A stretch of DNA of 52,655 nt, taken from contig CAZSDN010000004.1 of NCBI GenBank assembly GCA_964605595.1, positions 7,094-59,748 of the forward strand, written 5' to 3'. Of this stretch, positions 1 through 9,196 are shown in pieces. Position 1 is the stretch's first letter. Each line of letters starts with the position of its first letter. The stretch is from an uncultured Flavobacterium sp. (lineage in GTDB: Bacteria; Bacteroidota; Bacteroidia; Flavobacteriales; Flavobacteriaceae). The position numbers and the translations under genes were made by a program. Under the pieces are notes generated by a model. That model was not told the origin of the DNA and did no database searches. It saw nothing but the letters and a program-made list of their open reading frames with translations.

Positions 1-769
1 TGATAAAGTCGATTTGTATGATAAATTGAAAGAAGTGATTCAGGGAAAAAGCCTTCCGGATCCGATTTCAGCTATTCAGCAAAATGTTTCCGATATCGAG
101 CATCATATGCTGCATTTTTTGGATAACCACGATGAACAACGATTGGCAAGCCCTGAATTTGCAGGAACTCCCGAAAAAGGAAAACCGTTAATGGTTCTTT
201 CAACGACAATAAGCACATCGCCTACAATGGTGTATTTTGGGCAGGAAGTTGGCGAACCTGGAAAAGAAAACGGAGGTTTCGGAACGCATTCGCGCACTTC
301 AATCTTTGATTATGTTGGAGTTCCGCATCACCAGCGTTGGATGAATAATGGTAAATTTGACGGTGGAAAACTTTCCAATGCTGAAAAATCATTACGCGAT
401 TTTTATAGCAGATTATTGAATTTTTCAATAACGAGCCCGGCGTTAATGGGGCAATTTAAAGAAATTCAAACCGTAAACCGCAATGAAACTCAAGGTTATG
501 ATCCCGGAATTTATTCTTTCGTACGCTGGTCTGATGAGCAAAAATTAATCATAGTAACTAATTTTTCATGGTTAACAGCAAGCAACCTTGAGCTTAAAAT
601 CCCATCTGATGTGATAAAACAAATAGGATTGAAAGACGGAGTTTACACATTAACCGACAAACTTTACAATCAGAACAAAACAACTTTAAATGTTGTTAGT
701 GGCGAAGGTAAGGTTCATATAAAGATTAATCCTTCAGAGTCGTTTATTTATGAAGTTTCAGCTAAATAG
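1..769 (+). CDS. GH13 alpha-amylase family glycoside hydrolase, C-terminal part (5' end lies outside the window)
   Basis: Frame is open from position 2 (DKVDLYDKLK...). GH13 region IV-like FLDNHDEQR and PTMVYFGQEVG, then a C-terminal beta domain (YSFVRW...LIIVTNF). Confidence 0.85.
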   Translation, partial: DKVDLYDKLKEVIQGKSLPDPISAIQQNVSDIEHHMLHFLDNHDEQRLASPEFAGTPEKGKPLMVLSTTISTSPTMVYFGQEVGEPGKENGGFGTHSRTSIFDYVGVPHHQRWMNNGKFDGGKLSNAEKSLRDFYSRLLNFSITSPALMGQFKEIQTVNRNETQGYDPGIYSFVRWSDEQKLIIVTNFSWLTASNLELKIPSDVIKQIGLKDGVYTLTDKLYNQNKTTLNVVSGEGKVHIKINPSESFIYEVSAK

Positions 770-855
770 TAAGCGAGCGTTATAGCTAATAAAATGTTAT
801 TTTTTGTGCGGCAATCAAAGTGTTTTATACTTTTAACCCGATTTTATTTAAACCT

Positions 856-1488
856 ATGAAATATTTGGCTGCATTGATATTATTCTGTTTTCCGGTGATA
901 ATTTTCGCGCAGGGTGAATTTGGCACGCCAACTGCTAAGATTCCGCCGGCGGGAACACTCGCTCCAAAAACTTCAACTATAAAGCCTGAAACTCCAAGTA
1001 TTTTTGATACGCCTCCAACAAAAACGGATGATTCGCCGCTGACAGAATCAAAATCATTCAGCATGTTTGAAAAGAATGATTTTGTAAATCCGAACAAACC
1101 TTTTCTTGACAAACTCAATAAGAAAGAAAAAAACGAGGTGCAGGTCGCTATCCGGAAAGATATTAAAATGGGGCAAATAAAGACAAAATCACCTACGGTT
1201 TTTATCCATTACCGCGATGCCGAATATGTTGACGGCGACATGATCAGAGTGTATGCGAATCAAAGTATCATTCGTTCGAGCGTAATTCTTGACAGTGATT
1301 TTAAAGGGCTTATTTTTAAACTCGAAGAAGGTATCAACACAATTGATTTTGAAGCGCTTAACCAAGGAAGCTCCGGCCCGAATACAGCTGAAATGGAAGT
1401 GTTTGACAGCCAGGGAATTTCAATTTTTAATGGTAGCTGGAACCTCGCTACCGGCTTTAAGGCATCGGTTATAATTGTGAAAGAATAA
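856..1488 (+). CDS. Secreted hypothetical protein (Pro/Thr-rich linker plus beta-rich C-terminal domain)
   Basis: ATG 856 gives a signal peptide (MKYLAALILFCFPVIIFAQ). The C-terminal part has DAEYVDGDMIRVY and ALNQGSSGPNTA. A TACTTTTA -7-like box at 828-835 favours 856 over the GTG at 820. Confidence 0.75.
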   Translation: MKYLAALILFCFPVIIFAQGEFGTPTAKIPPAGTLAPKTSTIKPETPSIFDTPPTKTDDSPLTESKSFSMFEKNDFVNPNKPFLDKLNKKEKNEVQVAIRKDIKMGQIKTKSPTVFIHYRDAEYVDGDMIRVYANQSIIRSSVILDSDFKGLIFKLEEGINTIDFEALNQGSSGPNTAEMEVFDSQGISIFNGSWNLATGFKASVIIVKE

Positions 1489-1562
1489 TTTACTATTGTT
1501 CTTAATATGTGATTTAACAGAACCTTCTTTAATTATCACCATTATTAAAAGAGTTTATACGA

Positions 1563-1994
1563 ATGAACGATCTGATTCAGCATAAAACATGGTTGCAACG
1601 CAATAAAGTATGGGCATTACTATCTTTAATTGTAATTTTTATCGGAGTGGTACTGTTTTTTATTACCGGATTTGGCGATAATGCGACTTCTATTACCCGG
1701 ATTTATAATGAACCCGAAATATATGAGGATGCTTTATCCCAGGCAAATAAAGATTCGATTGTAACCGGAAAGCTCGGTACATTGGAACCTATAGATAAAA
1801 TGGCCTTGATAGAAGGAAGTGTTGCTTTTTCAAGCGATAACAGGAATGTTACTATTACAGTCCGCGTTGAAGGAAATAAAGGAAAAGGCAAAATGGATAT
1901 TGTTGCCGATAAACATGAAGGCAAATGGATTTATAAAACAATTGCGATCCGTTTGAAAAATCCCGATGAACGGATTATCATTGCCGGGAGTTAA
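1563..1994 (+). CDS. Cytochrome c oxidase assembly factor Coa1-like membrane-anchored protein
   Basis: One N-terminal TM helix, then LGTLEPID...VEGNKGKGKMDIVA...WIY, a pattern typical of bacterial Coa1-family proteins. Confidence 0.6.
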   Translation: MNDLIQHKTWLQRNKVWALLSLIVIFIGVVLFFITGFGDNATSITRIYNEPEIYEDALSQANKDSIVTGKLGTLEPIDKMALIEGSVAFSSDNRNVTITVRVEGNKGKGKMDIVADKHEGKWIYKTIAIRLKNPDERIIIAGS

Positions 1995-1996
1995 GC

Positions 1997-2027
1997 AAAA
2001 AAGGCTGTCAGTTGACAGCCTTTTTTT
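1997..2027. terminator. Bidirectional intrinsic terminator between the Coa1-like gene and purA
   Basis: AAAAAA-GGCTGTC-AGTT-GACAGCC-TTTTTTT: perfect stem with A and T tracts on both sides, between convergent genes. Confidence 0.9.
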
Positions 2028-3297
2028 ATTTCATAATGGTTTGTTTTCTGTCTGGCCCGACCGACACGATTTTTATCGGGACGCCAACTTCAGCTTCAAT
2101 AAATTCGATATATTCCTTTAATTCTGTTGGAAGCTGTTCATAAGCTGTCATTCCTGTAAGATCGGCTTTCCAGCCTTTACATTCTTTGTATACCGGAGTT
2201 ACGTTTTCGGGTTCGATATTATAAGGAAGATGATCGATTTCTTTTCCGTTGTATTTGTATGCCGTACAAACTTTTAATGTCGGAAATCCTGAAAGTACAT
2301 CGCCTTTCATCATCATCAGTTGCGTAACGCCGTTTACCCGAATGGCATATTTTAGCGCAACAAGATCAAGCCAGCCGCAACGTCTTTGCCTTCCGGTTAC
2401 CGAACCAAATTCGTTACCGACTTTTGCCATCGTGGCACCGGCTTCATCGAACAATTCTGTTGGAAACGGGCCGCTTCCGACACGCGTGGTATAAGCTTTA
2501 AAAATTCCATACACTTCTCCGATTTTATTTGGTGCGATCCCTAAACCGGTACAGGCACCGGCGGCAGTAGTGTTTGATGAAGTAACAAACGGATATGTTC
2601 CAAAATCCACGTCAAGCAATGAGCCTTGCGCGCCTTCGGCCAAAATGGTTTTCCCGGCTTTTTGCGCCTGGTATAAATATTCTTCACTGTCGATGAATGT
2701 GAGTTTTTTCAATTCTTCAACTGCTTCGAAAAATTCTTTTTCAAGCTCGGCCAGATTATATTGGATGGCGACGTCATAAAATTTGATCATTGCTTCATGC
2801 TTATCGGCAAGGTTGCGGTAACGTTCTGTAAAATCGTTTAGTTCGAGGTCGCCTACCCGAAGCCCGTTACGGCCGGTTTTGTCCATATATGTTGGGCCGA
2901 TACCTTTTAGTGTAGAGCCAATTTTCGCTTTTCCTTTTGATGCTTCAGATGCCGCGTCAAGCAAACGGTGTGTTGGCAAAATTAAATGTGCTTTGCGCGA
3001 AATGATCAATTTGTTCTTGATGTCGATATTGAATTTTTGAAGTCCTTCGATTTCTTTCTGGAAGACAACCGGATCGATCACGACGCCATTTCCGATGATG
3101 TTGATGGAGTTTTTGTGGAAAATCCCGGATGGGATTGTGCGAAGCACGTGCTTGATTCCATCGAATTCTAAAGTGTGCCCGGCGTTTGGCCCGCCCTGGA
3201 AACGGGCAATAATGTCGTACTTTGAAGTGAGGACGTCTACAATTTTACCTTTGCCTTCGTCGCCCCACTGCAAGCCTAATAATAAATCTACGGTCAT
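2026..3297 (-). CDS. purA: Adenylosuccinate synthetase
   Basis: GLQWGDEGKGKIVD, RFQGGPNAGHT, EGAQG, GTYPFVTSS, TGRQRRCGWLD. Confidence 0.99.
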   Translation of the reverse strand: MTVDLLLGLQWGDEGKGKIVDVLTSKYDIIARFQGGPNAGHTLEFDGIKHVLRTIPSGIFHKNSINIIGNGVVIDPVVFQKEIEGLQKFNIDIKNKLIISRKAHLILPTHRLLDAASEASKGKAKIGSTLKGIGPTYMDKTGRNGLRVGDLELNDFTERYRNLADKHEAMIKFYDVAIQYNLAELEKEFFEAVEELKKLTFIDSEEYLYQAQKAGKTILAEGAQGSLLDVDFGTYPFVTSSNTTAAGACTGLGIAPNKIGEVYGIFKAYTTRVGSGPFPTELFDEAGATMAKVGNEFGSVTGRQRRCGWLDLVALKYAIRVNGVTQLMMMKGDVLSGFPTLKVCTAYKYNGKEIDHLPYNIEPENVTPVYKECKGWKADLTGMTAYEQLPTELKEYIEFIEAEVGVPIKIVSVGPDRKQTIMK

Positions 3298-3404
3298 TTT
3301 TTTGAGTTAATAATTAACAATTAATATTGAATAATTACGGAAGATTGTAGAAATTCAACAGTTGTTAATTTGGTTGTTGTTGTTTATTGTTTAAGAGTTG
3401 TGTA

Positions 3405-3500
3405 CTTGCGTTAGTGATTGAGGCTTTGTCTGAGCTCGTTTTGCGCAGTGCAACGGAGCAAAACAGCGAGTGCCGAAAGCACGGGCCGCAGGCAACGCCC
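3405..3500 (-). ncRNA. Structured GC-rich element resembling the Flavo-1 RNA motif / flavobacterial intergenic repeat
   Basis: Minus strand reads GGGCGTTGCCTGCGGCCCGTGCTTTCGGCACTCGCTGTTTTGC...GCAAAACGAGCTC...GCCTCAATCACTAACGCAAG. It has a closing helix GCGTT/AACGC, a GCC-TGC-GGC hairpin and a GTTTTGC/GCAAAAC stem. The ends match my recollection of the Flavo-1 consensus (GGGCG...GGGCUUUC...CAAUCCCUAACGC), which I have not verified. Confidence 0.6.
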
Positions 3501-3513
3501 TATTTATTATAAA

Positions 3514-3978
3514 TTATTCATTATTGATTTTCTTTCGGTTGCCGTATAAATACAACGAGTGGTTGTGGATTTCAATATCGAAAATTTCCTCGATGGTTTT
3601 TTTGATGATCTGGATCCGCGGGTCGCAAAACTCGATTACCTCGCCGGTATCGGTCATGATGATATGGTCGTGCTGTTTGTCGAAATAGGATTTTTCATAA
3701 TGTGCCTGGTTTTGCCCAAACTGGTGCTTTCTAACCAATGCGCAGTCGAGCAGTAGCTCAATCGTATTGTAAAGCGTGGCACGGCTTACACGGTAATTTT
3801 TGTTTTTCATTTTGATATAGAGGTTCTCGATGTCAAAATGTTCTTCGCTGTCATAAATTTCCTGAAGGATAGCATAGCGTTCAGGAGTTTTTCTATGTCC
3901 TTTATTTTCAAGATACATTGTAAATACATTCTTTACAATTTCCTGATTTTTGCTGTTATCGACGGATAGTAATGTCAT
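3514..3978 (-). CDS. fur: Fur family transcriptional regulator
   Basis: [48 protein letters not shown]. Confidence 0.95.
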   Translation of the reverse strand: MTLLSVDNSKNQEIVKNVFTMYLENKGHRKTPERYAILQEIYDSEEHFDIENLYIKMKNKNYRVSRATLYNTIELLLDCALVRKHQFGQNQAHYEKSYFDKQHDHIIMTDTGEVIEFCDPRIQIIKKTIEEIFDIEIHNHSLYLYGNRKKINNE

Positions 3979-3982
3979 ATGG

Positions 3983-4013
3983 CAAATATAAGTAAATGTT
4001 GCCGAGTGGCAAA
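3983..4013 (-). promoter_or_regulatory. Bacteroidota primary-sigma promoter of fur (-33 TTTG / -7 TAnnTTTG)
   Basis: Minus strand: TTTG (4013-4010), 19-nt spacer, TATATTTG (3990-3983). This is a full consensus match. Confidence 0.75.
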
Positions 4014-4132
4014 TTTTAGCTGTTAACTTTCAAAAACAGGGGATTTATTTCGTTAAAAAGTTTTGGATTTGAATGCAAAGTATAGGTTTTCCCGATTTAT
4101 TCAATAGATTTGCGATACATAATAAAAAAAGC

Positions 4133-4570
4133 ATGAAGAAAATAGCCGTTTTTGCAGTCTTATTCCTTGTAGTTTTTACCTCGGGCGGATGTTCGTCTGG
4201 CGGTGATGAAAGCCGGATTATTAACCGGATTACACTTGTAGTTGACGGATTTACAAAAAGATTTGATTATGTTACGATTGATCAAAGCGCTTCAGATGTC
4301 ATTGTAGTGCGCGGGCAAATTGGGAGTGATGTCCTTGAAGTGATTGAGCTTAAGATATATAAGAATGCTACCGGCACTTCAGCAATGAACAGCATGATTT
4401 TTATCCAGAATAATATTGAATATTATGCTTTTGATGGTAATGGTGTGCAATCAAATGTATCGGCAAACGGAGCAGACAGGAAAATTAGAGGCAGTTTTTC
4501 AGGATTGTTTAAAACCCTTAGCGGCAGCACGAAAATAATAAACAACGGATCTTTCAGGGTAACGTACTAA
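4133..4570 (+). CDS. Hypothetical lipoprotein
   Basis: ATG 4133 follows an A-rich leader. MKKIAVFAVLFLVVFTSGG-C-SSGGDE is a lipoprotein signal followed by a beta-rich domain. TAGATTTG -7 box at 4105-4112. Confidence 0.75.
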   Translation: MKKIAVFAVLFLVVFTSGGCSSGGDESRIINRITLVVDGFTKRFDYVTIDQSASDVIVVRGQIGSDVLEVIELKIYKNATGTSAMNSMIFIQNNIEYYAFDGNGVQSNVSANGADRKIRGSFSGLFKTLSGSTKIINNGSFRVTY

Positions 4571-4574
4571 AGTT

Positions 4575-6794
4575 TTAATTTTTATAAACCCGCGTAACTT
4601 TATCAATTCCGTCTATTTTCTTTATATTTTCCACAAGGCGTTTCAGGATGGTATTGTTTTGTACGATTACCACGACTTTTCCATTAAAAATCCCGGCTTC
4701 GCTGCTAAGTGAAATACTTTGGATATTTACATGCATATTGCTTGAAATCACTTTTGTAAGCTCATTGGTCAAACCTAAACTGTCCATCCCGGTAATGTTG
4801 AGCGTTGCTTTGAATTCCTGCTGAGATGAATCAATCCATCTGGCCTGGATGATCCTGTAGGCATAATTGGATTGCAGGCTTATTGCATTCGGGCAATCTT
4901 TTTTGTGGACTTTAATTCCTTCATTTATCGTAACAAAACCAAAAACATCATCGCCCGGAATGGGGTTGCAACAGGCCGAAAGCTTATAATCCAGTTTGTC
5001 CTGTTCAGCACCAAAAACCAACATGTCATAGTTGCTGCTAAGTTCGTCTTTATTGATATGTTCAGACTGAACGCTCGGCGAACGCTTGATTTTATTCTTA
5101 AAGAAATTCATGAAAGTATTGCCTTTCAGCGAGGCATATTCTTTCAGCTGCGCATTCTCGATTGATCCGATTCCGGCACGGTAATATAAATCAAGGCTGG
5201 TTTTTAATTTAAAAAAGATGACAAGTTCATTGATCGTTGCTTCATTAAGATTGACTTTGAGATGGCGGAGTTTGCGCAGCAGCAATTCTTTTCCTTCTTC
5301 GGCAATTTTTTTTGTATTCTCGTTTAAAACGCTTTTGATCTTATTCTTTGCCCTGGCTGTTGTAACATAATCGAGCCAGTGCAATGTAGGTTTTTGATTT
5401 GGAGACGTAATCACTTCAATCTGGTCGCCGCTTTTAAGTTCATAATTCAGCGGAACGAGTTTGCCGTTTACACGTGTTCCTCTTGTTTTTACACCGATGG
5501 CCGAATGGATGCTGAACGCAAAATCCAGTGAAGTCGCCCCTTTTGGTAATGATTTGATTTCACCTTTTGGCGTAAATACAAAGATTTCTTTTGAATACAG
5601 GTTCATTTTGAAATCTTCAACAAAATCGACCGCGTTGGTCTCCTGGTTTTCGAGTGCTTCTTTTAACAGGTTCAGCCAAACATCAAGCCCGCTTTCTTCG
5701 GTTGCGCCTTGCTTGTATTTATAATGTGCGGCATATCCTTTTTCGGCAATTTCATCCATTCTTTCACTTCTGACCTGAACTTCAACCCAACGGCCTTTTG
5801 GGCCCATTACGGTTATGTGAAGTGCTTCGTATCCTGTCGATTTCGGCGATGAAATCCAGTCCCGCAAGCGGCTCGGGCTCGGGCGGTAATGATCGGTTAC
5901 GATTGAATATATTTTCCAGGCGACGAATTTTTCATCGTGTTGTGAGGATTTATACACGATCCGCAGTGCGAATTTATCATACACTTCATCATAGCTTACA
6001 TTTTGCGCTTTCATTTTCCGGCGTATCGAATAAATCGATTTAGGACGGCCTTTAATCATGTATTCTATTCCTTCTTCGTCAAGTGATTTTTTCAGGACTT
6101 CTGAAATGGTTTTGATGTATTCGTCCTGTTCTTCTTTTGTTTCCTTGACTCTGCTGACAATATCATTGTAAACTTGTGGTTCGGTATATTTCAATCCCAA
6201 ATCTTCAAGCTGGGATTTGATATTATAAAGCCCAAGGCGGTGTGCCAGCGGCGCATAAATGTATAAAGTTTCGGAAGCTATTTTGGTCTGCTTATACTCA
6301 ACCATCGAATCCATGGTTTGCATATTGTGCAACCGGTCCGCAAGTTTTATCAGGATTACACGAACGTCGTCATTGAGCGTAAGCAGCATTTTCCTGAAAT
6401 TCTCGGCCTGCATAGAAATATTCAGGTCTTTTTGTACTTGCGCGATCTTAGTCAGCCCTTCAACAATCCGGGCTACTTTTGGATTAAACATTTTTTCGAT
6501 ATCCTCGACCGTAACATCGGTGTCTTCTACAACATCATGCATCAATGCCGCAGCGATTGAAGTTGCCCCGAGGCCAATTTCCGAAGCGACAATTTTTGCC
6601 ACTGCGATTGGATGGAAAATATAGGCTTCACCCGATTTTCTACGCTGGTCTTTGTGGGCGTCAACGGCGACATCAAATGCTTTACGGATTAATTTTTTGT
6701 CATCTTTACTAAGCGTCTGGTAGCTTATCCGCAACAGCTCTTTGTACTCGCGTGCAATAGCTTTGTTTTCCTGTTCCAACTCGAGTTCTGTCAT
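4575..6794 (-). CDS. relA: Bifunctional (p)ppGpp synthetase/hydrolase (long RSH; HD, SYNTH, TGS, ACT)
   Basis: HKDQRRKSGEAYIFHP, LMHDVVEDT, IKLADRLHNM, GRPKSIYSI, GYEALH, EVQVR, FTPKG, CCNPIPGD and a C-terminal ACT domain. Start placed at MTELELEQ (6794); the track start at 6812 is also possible. Confidence 0.95.
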   Translation of the reverse strand: MTELELEQENKAIAREYKELLRISYQTLSKDDKKLIRKAFDVAVDAHKDQRRKSGEAYIFHPIAVAKIVASEIGLGATSIAAALMHDVVEDTDVTVEDIEKMFNPKVARIVEGLTKIAQVQKDLNISMQAENFRKMLLTLNDDVRVILIKLADRLHNMQTMDSMVEYKQTKIASETLYIYAPLAHRLGLYNIKSQLEDLGLKYTEPQVYNDIVSRVKETKEEQDEYIKTISEVLKKSLDEEGIEYMIKGRPKSIYSIRRKMKAQNVSYDEVYDKFALRIVYKSSQHDEKFVAWKIYSIVTDHYRPSPSRLRDWISSPKSTGYEALHITVMGPKGRWVEVQVRSERMDEIAEKGYAAHYKYKQGATEESGLDVWLNLLKEALENQETNAVDFVEDFKMNLYSKEIFVFTPKGEIKSLPKGATSLDFAFSIHSAIGVKTRGTRVNGKLVPLNYELKSGDQIEVITSPNQKPTLHWLDYVTTARAKNKIKSVLNENTKKIAEEGKELLLRKLRHLKVNLNEATINELVIFFKLKTSLDLYYRAGIGSIENAQLKEYASLKGNTFMNFFKNKIKRSPSVQSEHINKDELSSNYDMLVFGAEQDKLDYKLSACCNPIPGDDVFGFVTINEGIKVHKKDCPNAISLQSNYAYRIIQARWIDSSQQEFKATLNITGMDSLGLTNELTKVISSNMHVNIQSISLSSEAGIFNGKVVVIVQNNTILKRLVENIKKIDGIDKVTRVYKN

Positions 6795-6866
6795 AGCAAT
6801 TTGATTCAACATTTAAAAATAGGATAAAGATTTGAACTGTGCAACGGCCACAATCTAAAAAACGAC

Positions 6867-8402
6867 TCAATTCACGCGCGTAAAATCTAAATCCTGAAAG
6901 TCATAACTAAAATCTGTCATTGGTGAAATAGGCAACATCGTAATTGAGTTATTGCCGTTCTCAAAGAAAACATGCGCATCGGCATGAAAATACCGATAGT
7001 TCCATTTCACGACAAAATTATTCTCTTTGTAAAAGAACATTTCTCCTGTAAGCTGTGGCGAACGCTCAGAGGCGAAATACAATTTCCCTTTTTTCTCTGT
7101 TATCGTAATTGTCCCAAACCAATTGTCTTTATAAGTCCCGGCATATTTTTTTAAATCGATTTTGATTTTATCTTTTTGATTTTTCGCAACCGCAGCCCAA
7201 ACGCTATCTGTGATTTTATCGGCGCTGTCTTCGGTAGCTCGGAGTTTGTTTTTGTATACAGTCACATAGTCTTCTGAATTGATTCCGAGATAACTGTCTT
7301 TGATTGTATTTGTAATCGAACTGAAAGCGGCTCCGGTTTGTTGGTTTGTAAGTACGATAATTCCCAGCTGCAATTCCGGAATTAATGTTACCTGCGTAAC
7401 AATTCCTTCCAATCCTCCGGTGTGGGATGCCTGCATTTTACCTTTTACATCGGTAATCTGCCATCCAAGCCCATACGATTTAAAAACAGAATTATAAGGC
7501 GGAGTTGTTTTGTTTGGCATGAGTGTTTGTGGTGTCCACATTTCGGTACTTTGTTTTTCTGAAAAAAATCGTGAATCGCCGTATTGTCCTTTCTGTAATT
7601 GCATAATTACCCATTTGCTCAAATCGTTTACACTTGAATATATCCCGCCCGCAGCATCTAAGGTCTGGCTTTTATAGCGTGAGATTACTTTGAGTTTTCC
7701 GTCAATTGGCACGTGTGGAACGATTACGTTCGATGTATCTTTCAGGCGTACCCATGATGAGGCGCTGTTTTTCATTTCTAGTGGCTTCATGATGCGTTCT
7801 TCCACAAATTCGCCCCAGCTTTTTCCGCTTGCGCTGGCAATAACTTCGCCGGCAATGATATAGAGTAAATTATCATAATCGTATTTTGTGCGAAATCCGG
7901 AAACAGGTTTTAAATATTGAATGTTCCTGATAATGTCCTGAGGCGTAAAATTATGACCGTCAGGCCAAATCATCAGATCGCCGGCGCCAAGCCCAAGGCC
8001 GCTACGGTGCGTCAGTAAATCGCGGATTGTAAATTCATTGGTTACATAATCATTATACATTTTAAATTCAGGGATGAATTTAATGACTTTATCATCCCAG
8101 TCCAATTTCCCTTCGTCAGCCAATATTGCCAAAGCCGCACTTGTAAAAGCCTTACTGTTGGATGCGATTCCGAATAAGGTATTTGCATCGACTTTTTCTT
8201 TCGTAAGGATTGATTTTTGGCCATAACCTTTTGATAAAACCACTTTTCCGTCTTTGACAATCGCAACCGCTATTCCGGGGACATCAAAGGTTTTAAGGGT
8301 TCTTTCAACTAAAACATCAACCTCTTGCTCGCTGATTTGTGCCGACATGGAAAAACCTGCAGTCAATGCGAATAGTGCTAATCTAAAATTCATATTTTTC
8401 AT
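6867..8402 (-). CDS. Serine hydrolase, beta-lactamase/AmpC-like family with C-terminal DUF3471-like domain
   Basis: Signal peptide, FGIASNSKAF (SxxK), LLTHRSGL, YDYDN (YxN), HTGG. Confidence 0.9.
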   Translation of the reverse strand: MKNMNFRLALFALTAGFSMSAQISEQEVDVLVERTLKTFDVPGIAVAIVKDGKVVLSKGYGQKSILTKEKVDANTLFGIASNSKAFTSAALAILADEGKLDWDDKVIKFIPEFKMYNDYVTNEFTIRDLLTHRSGLGLGAGDLMIWPDGHNFTPQDIIRNIQYLKPVSGFRTKYDYDNLLYIIAGEVIASASGKSWGEFVEERIMKPLEMKNSASSWVRLKDTSNVIVPHVPIDGKLKVISRYKSQTLDAAGGIYSSVNDLSKWVIMQLQKGQYGDSRFFSEKQSTEMWTPQTLMPNKTTPPYNSVFKSYGLGWQITDVKGKMQASHTGGLEGIVTQVTLIPELQLGIIVLTNQQTGAAFSSITNTIKDSYLGINSEDYVTVYKNKLRATEDSADKITDSVWAAVAKNQKDKIKIDLKKYAGTYKDNWFGTITITEKKGKLYFASERSPQLTGEMFFYKENNFVVKWNYRYFHADAHVFFENGNNSITMLPISPMTDFSYDFQDLDFTRVN

Positions 8403-8404
8403 AA

Positions 8405-9196
8405 TTATAGTTCAAAATTTCTTTGTCGCCTTGCTTCGAAAATTAATATTGCGGCAGCGACAGAAACATTCATCGAATCAATTTCGCCCTGCATCGGAAT
8501 TATTATATTTTGTGTTGCGGCATCACGCCATTCCTGGGTTAGGCCGGTAGCCTCGGTTCCCACGACAAGCGCTGTTGGTTTGGTATAATCCTGCGTATGG
8601 TAGGAAGTCGAATCTTGTAAAGTAGCGCAATAGAAATTAATGTTTTTTTCTTTTAAAAAAGCGATGATCTCTGATGTGGTTCCCGTAGCGATAGTATTTG
8701 TAAAAAGGCATCCCACACTGGATCGTACGATGTTTGGGTTGTATAGATCGCCTTTTGGATTGGCGATAATGACTGCGTCAAGCCTGGCGGCATCGGCAGT
8801 TCGAAGCAAAGCACCAATATTTCCGGGTTTTTCGGGAGCTTCGGCAATCAGGATTAAAGGATTTTCTGAAAGCTGCAAATCCGAAAGTTTTAGGTTTTTA
8901 CTTTTTGCAACGCCAATAACGCCTTCAGTTGTATCGCGGTAAGCCAGTTTTTCAAAAACCTCTTTATTGATCTCAATAAGCTCAGCACTTCGGGATAACT
9001 GCCTTGCTTGTGATTCAGAACATATTTCAGGATAAAATAAAATGGTTTCGATTTCATAATTTCCTTTCCGGGCTAATTCTATTTCACGCTGGCCTTCAAT
9101 CAGGAATAAACCGGATTGTTTGCGTGATTTGGATTTTTCCTGCAACTGCACAAGCAGTTTTATGAATTGATTTTGTATGGAAGTGATTTGCTTCAT
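8405..9196 (-). CDS. TrmH/SpoU family RNA methyltransferase
   Basis: ITSIQN, EKPGNIGALLRTADA, VGTEATGL, IPMQGEIDSMNVSVAAAI. Confidence 0.95.
   Translation of the reverse strand: MKQITSIQNQFIKLLVQLQEKSKSRKQSGLFLIEGQREIELARKGNYEIETILFYPEICSESQARQLSRSAELIEINKEVFEKLAYRDTTEGVIGVAKSKNLKLSDLQLSENPLILIAEAPEKPGNIGALLRTADAARLDAVIIANPKGDLYNPNIVRSSVGCLFTNTIATGTTSEIIAFLKEKNINFYCATLQDSTSYHTQDYTKPTALVVGTEATGLTQEWRDAATQNIIIPMQGEIDSMNVSVAAAILIFEARRQRNFEL

Noticed and set aside
3470..3688. 72-aa + strand ORF starting inside the structured element
   Set aside because: Antisense to fur; its GTG start lies in the RNA element; no coding features.
6867..8402. Antibiotic-resistance beta-lactamase
   Set aside because: The HTG triad, length and C-terminal DUF3471-like domain fit the broad serine hydrolase/peptidase family; resistance cannot be inferred.
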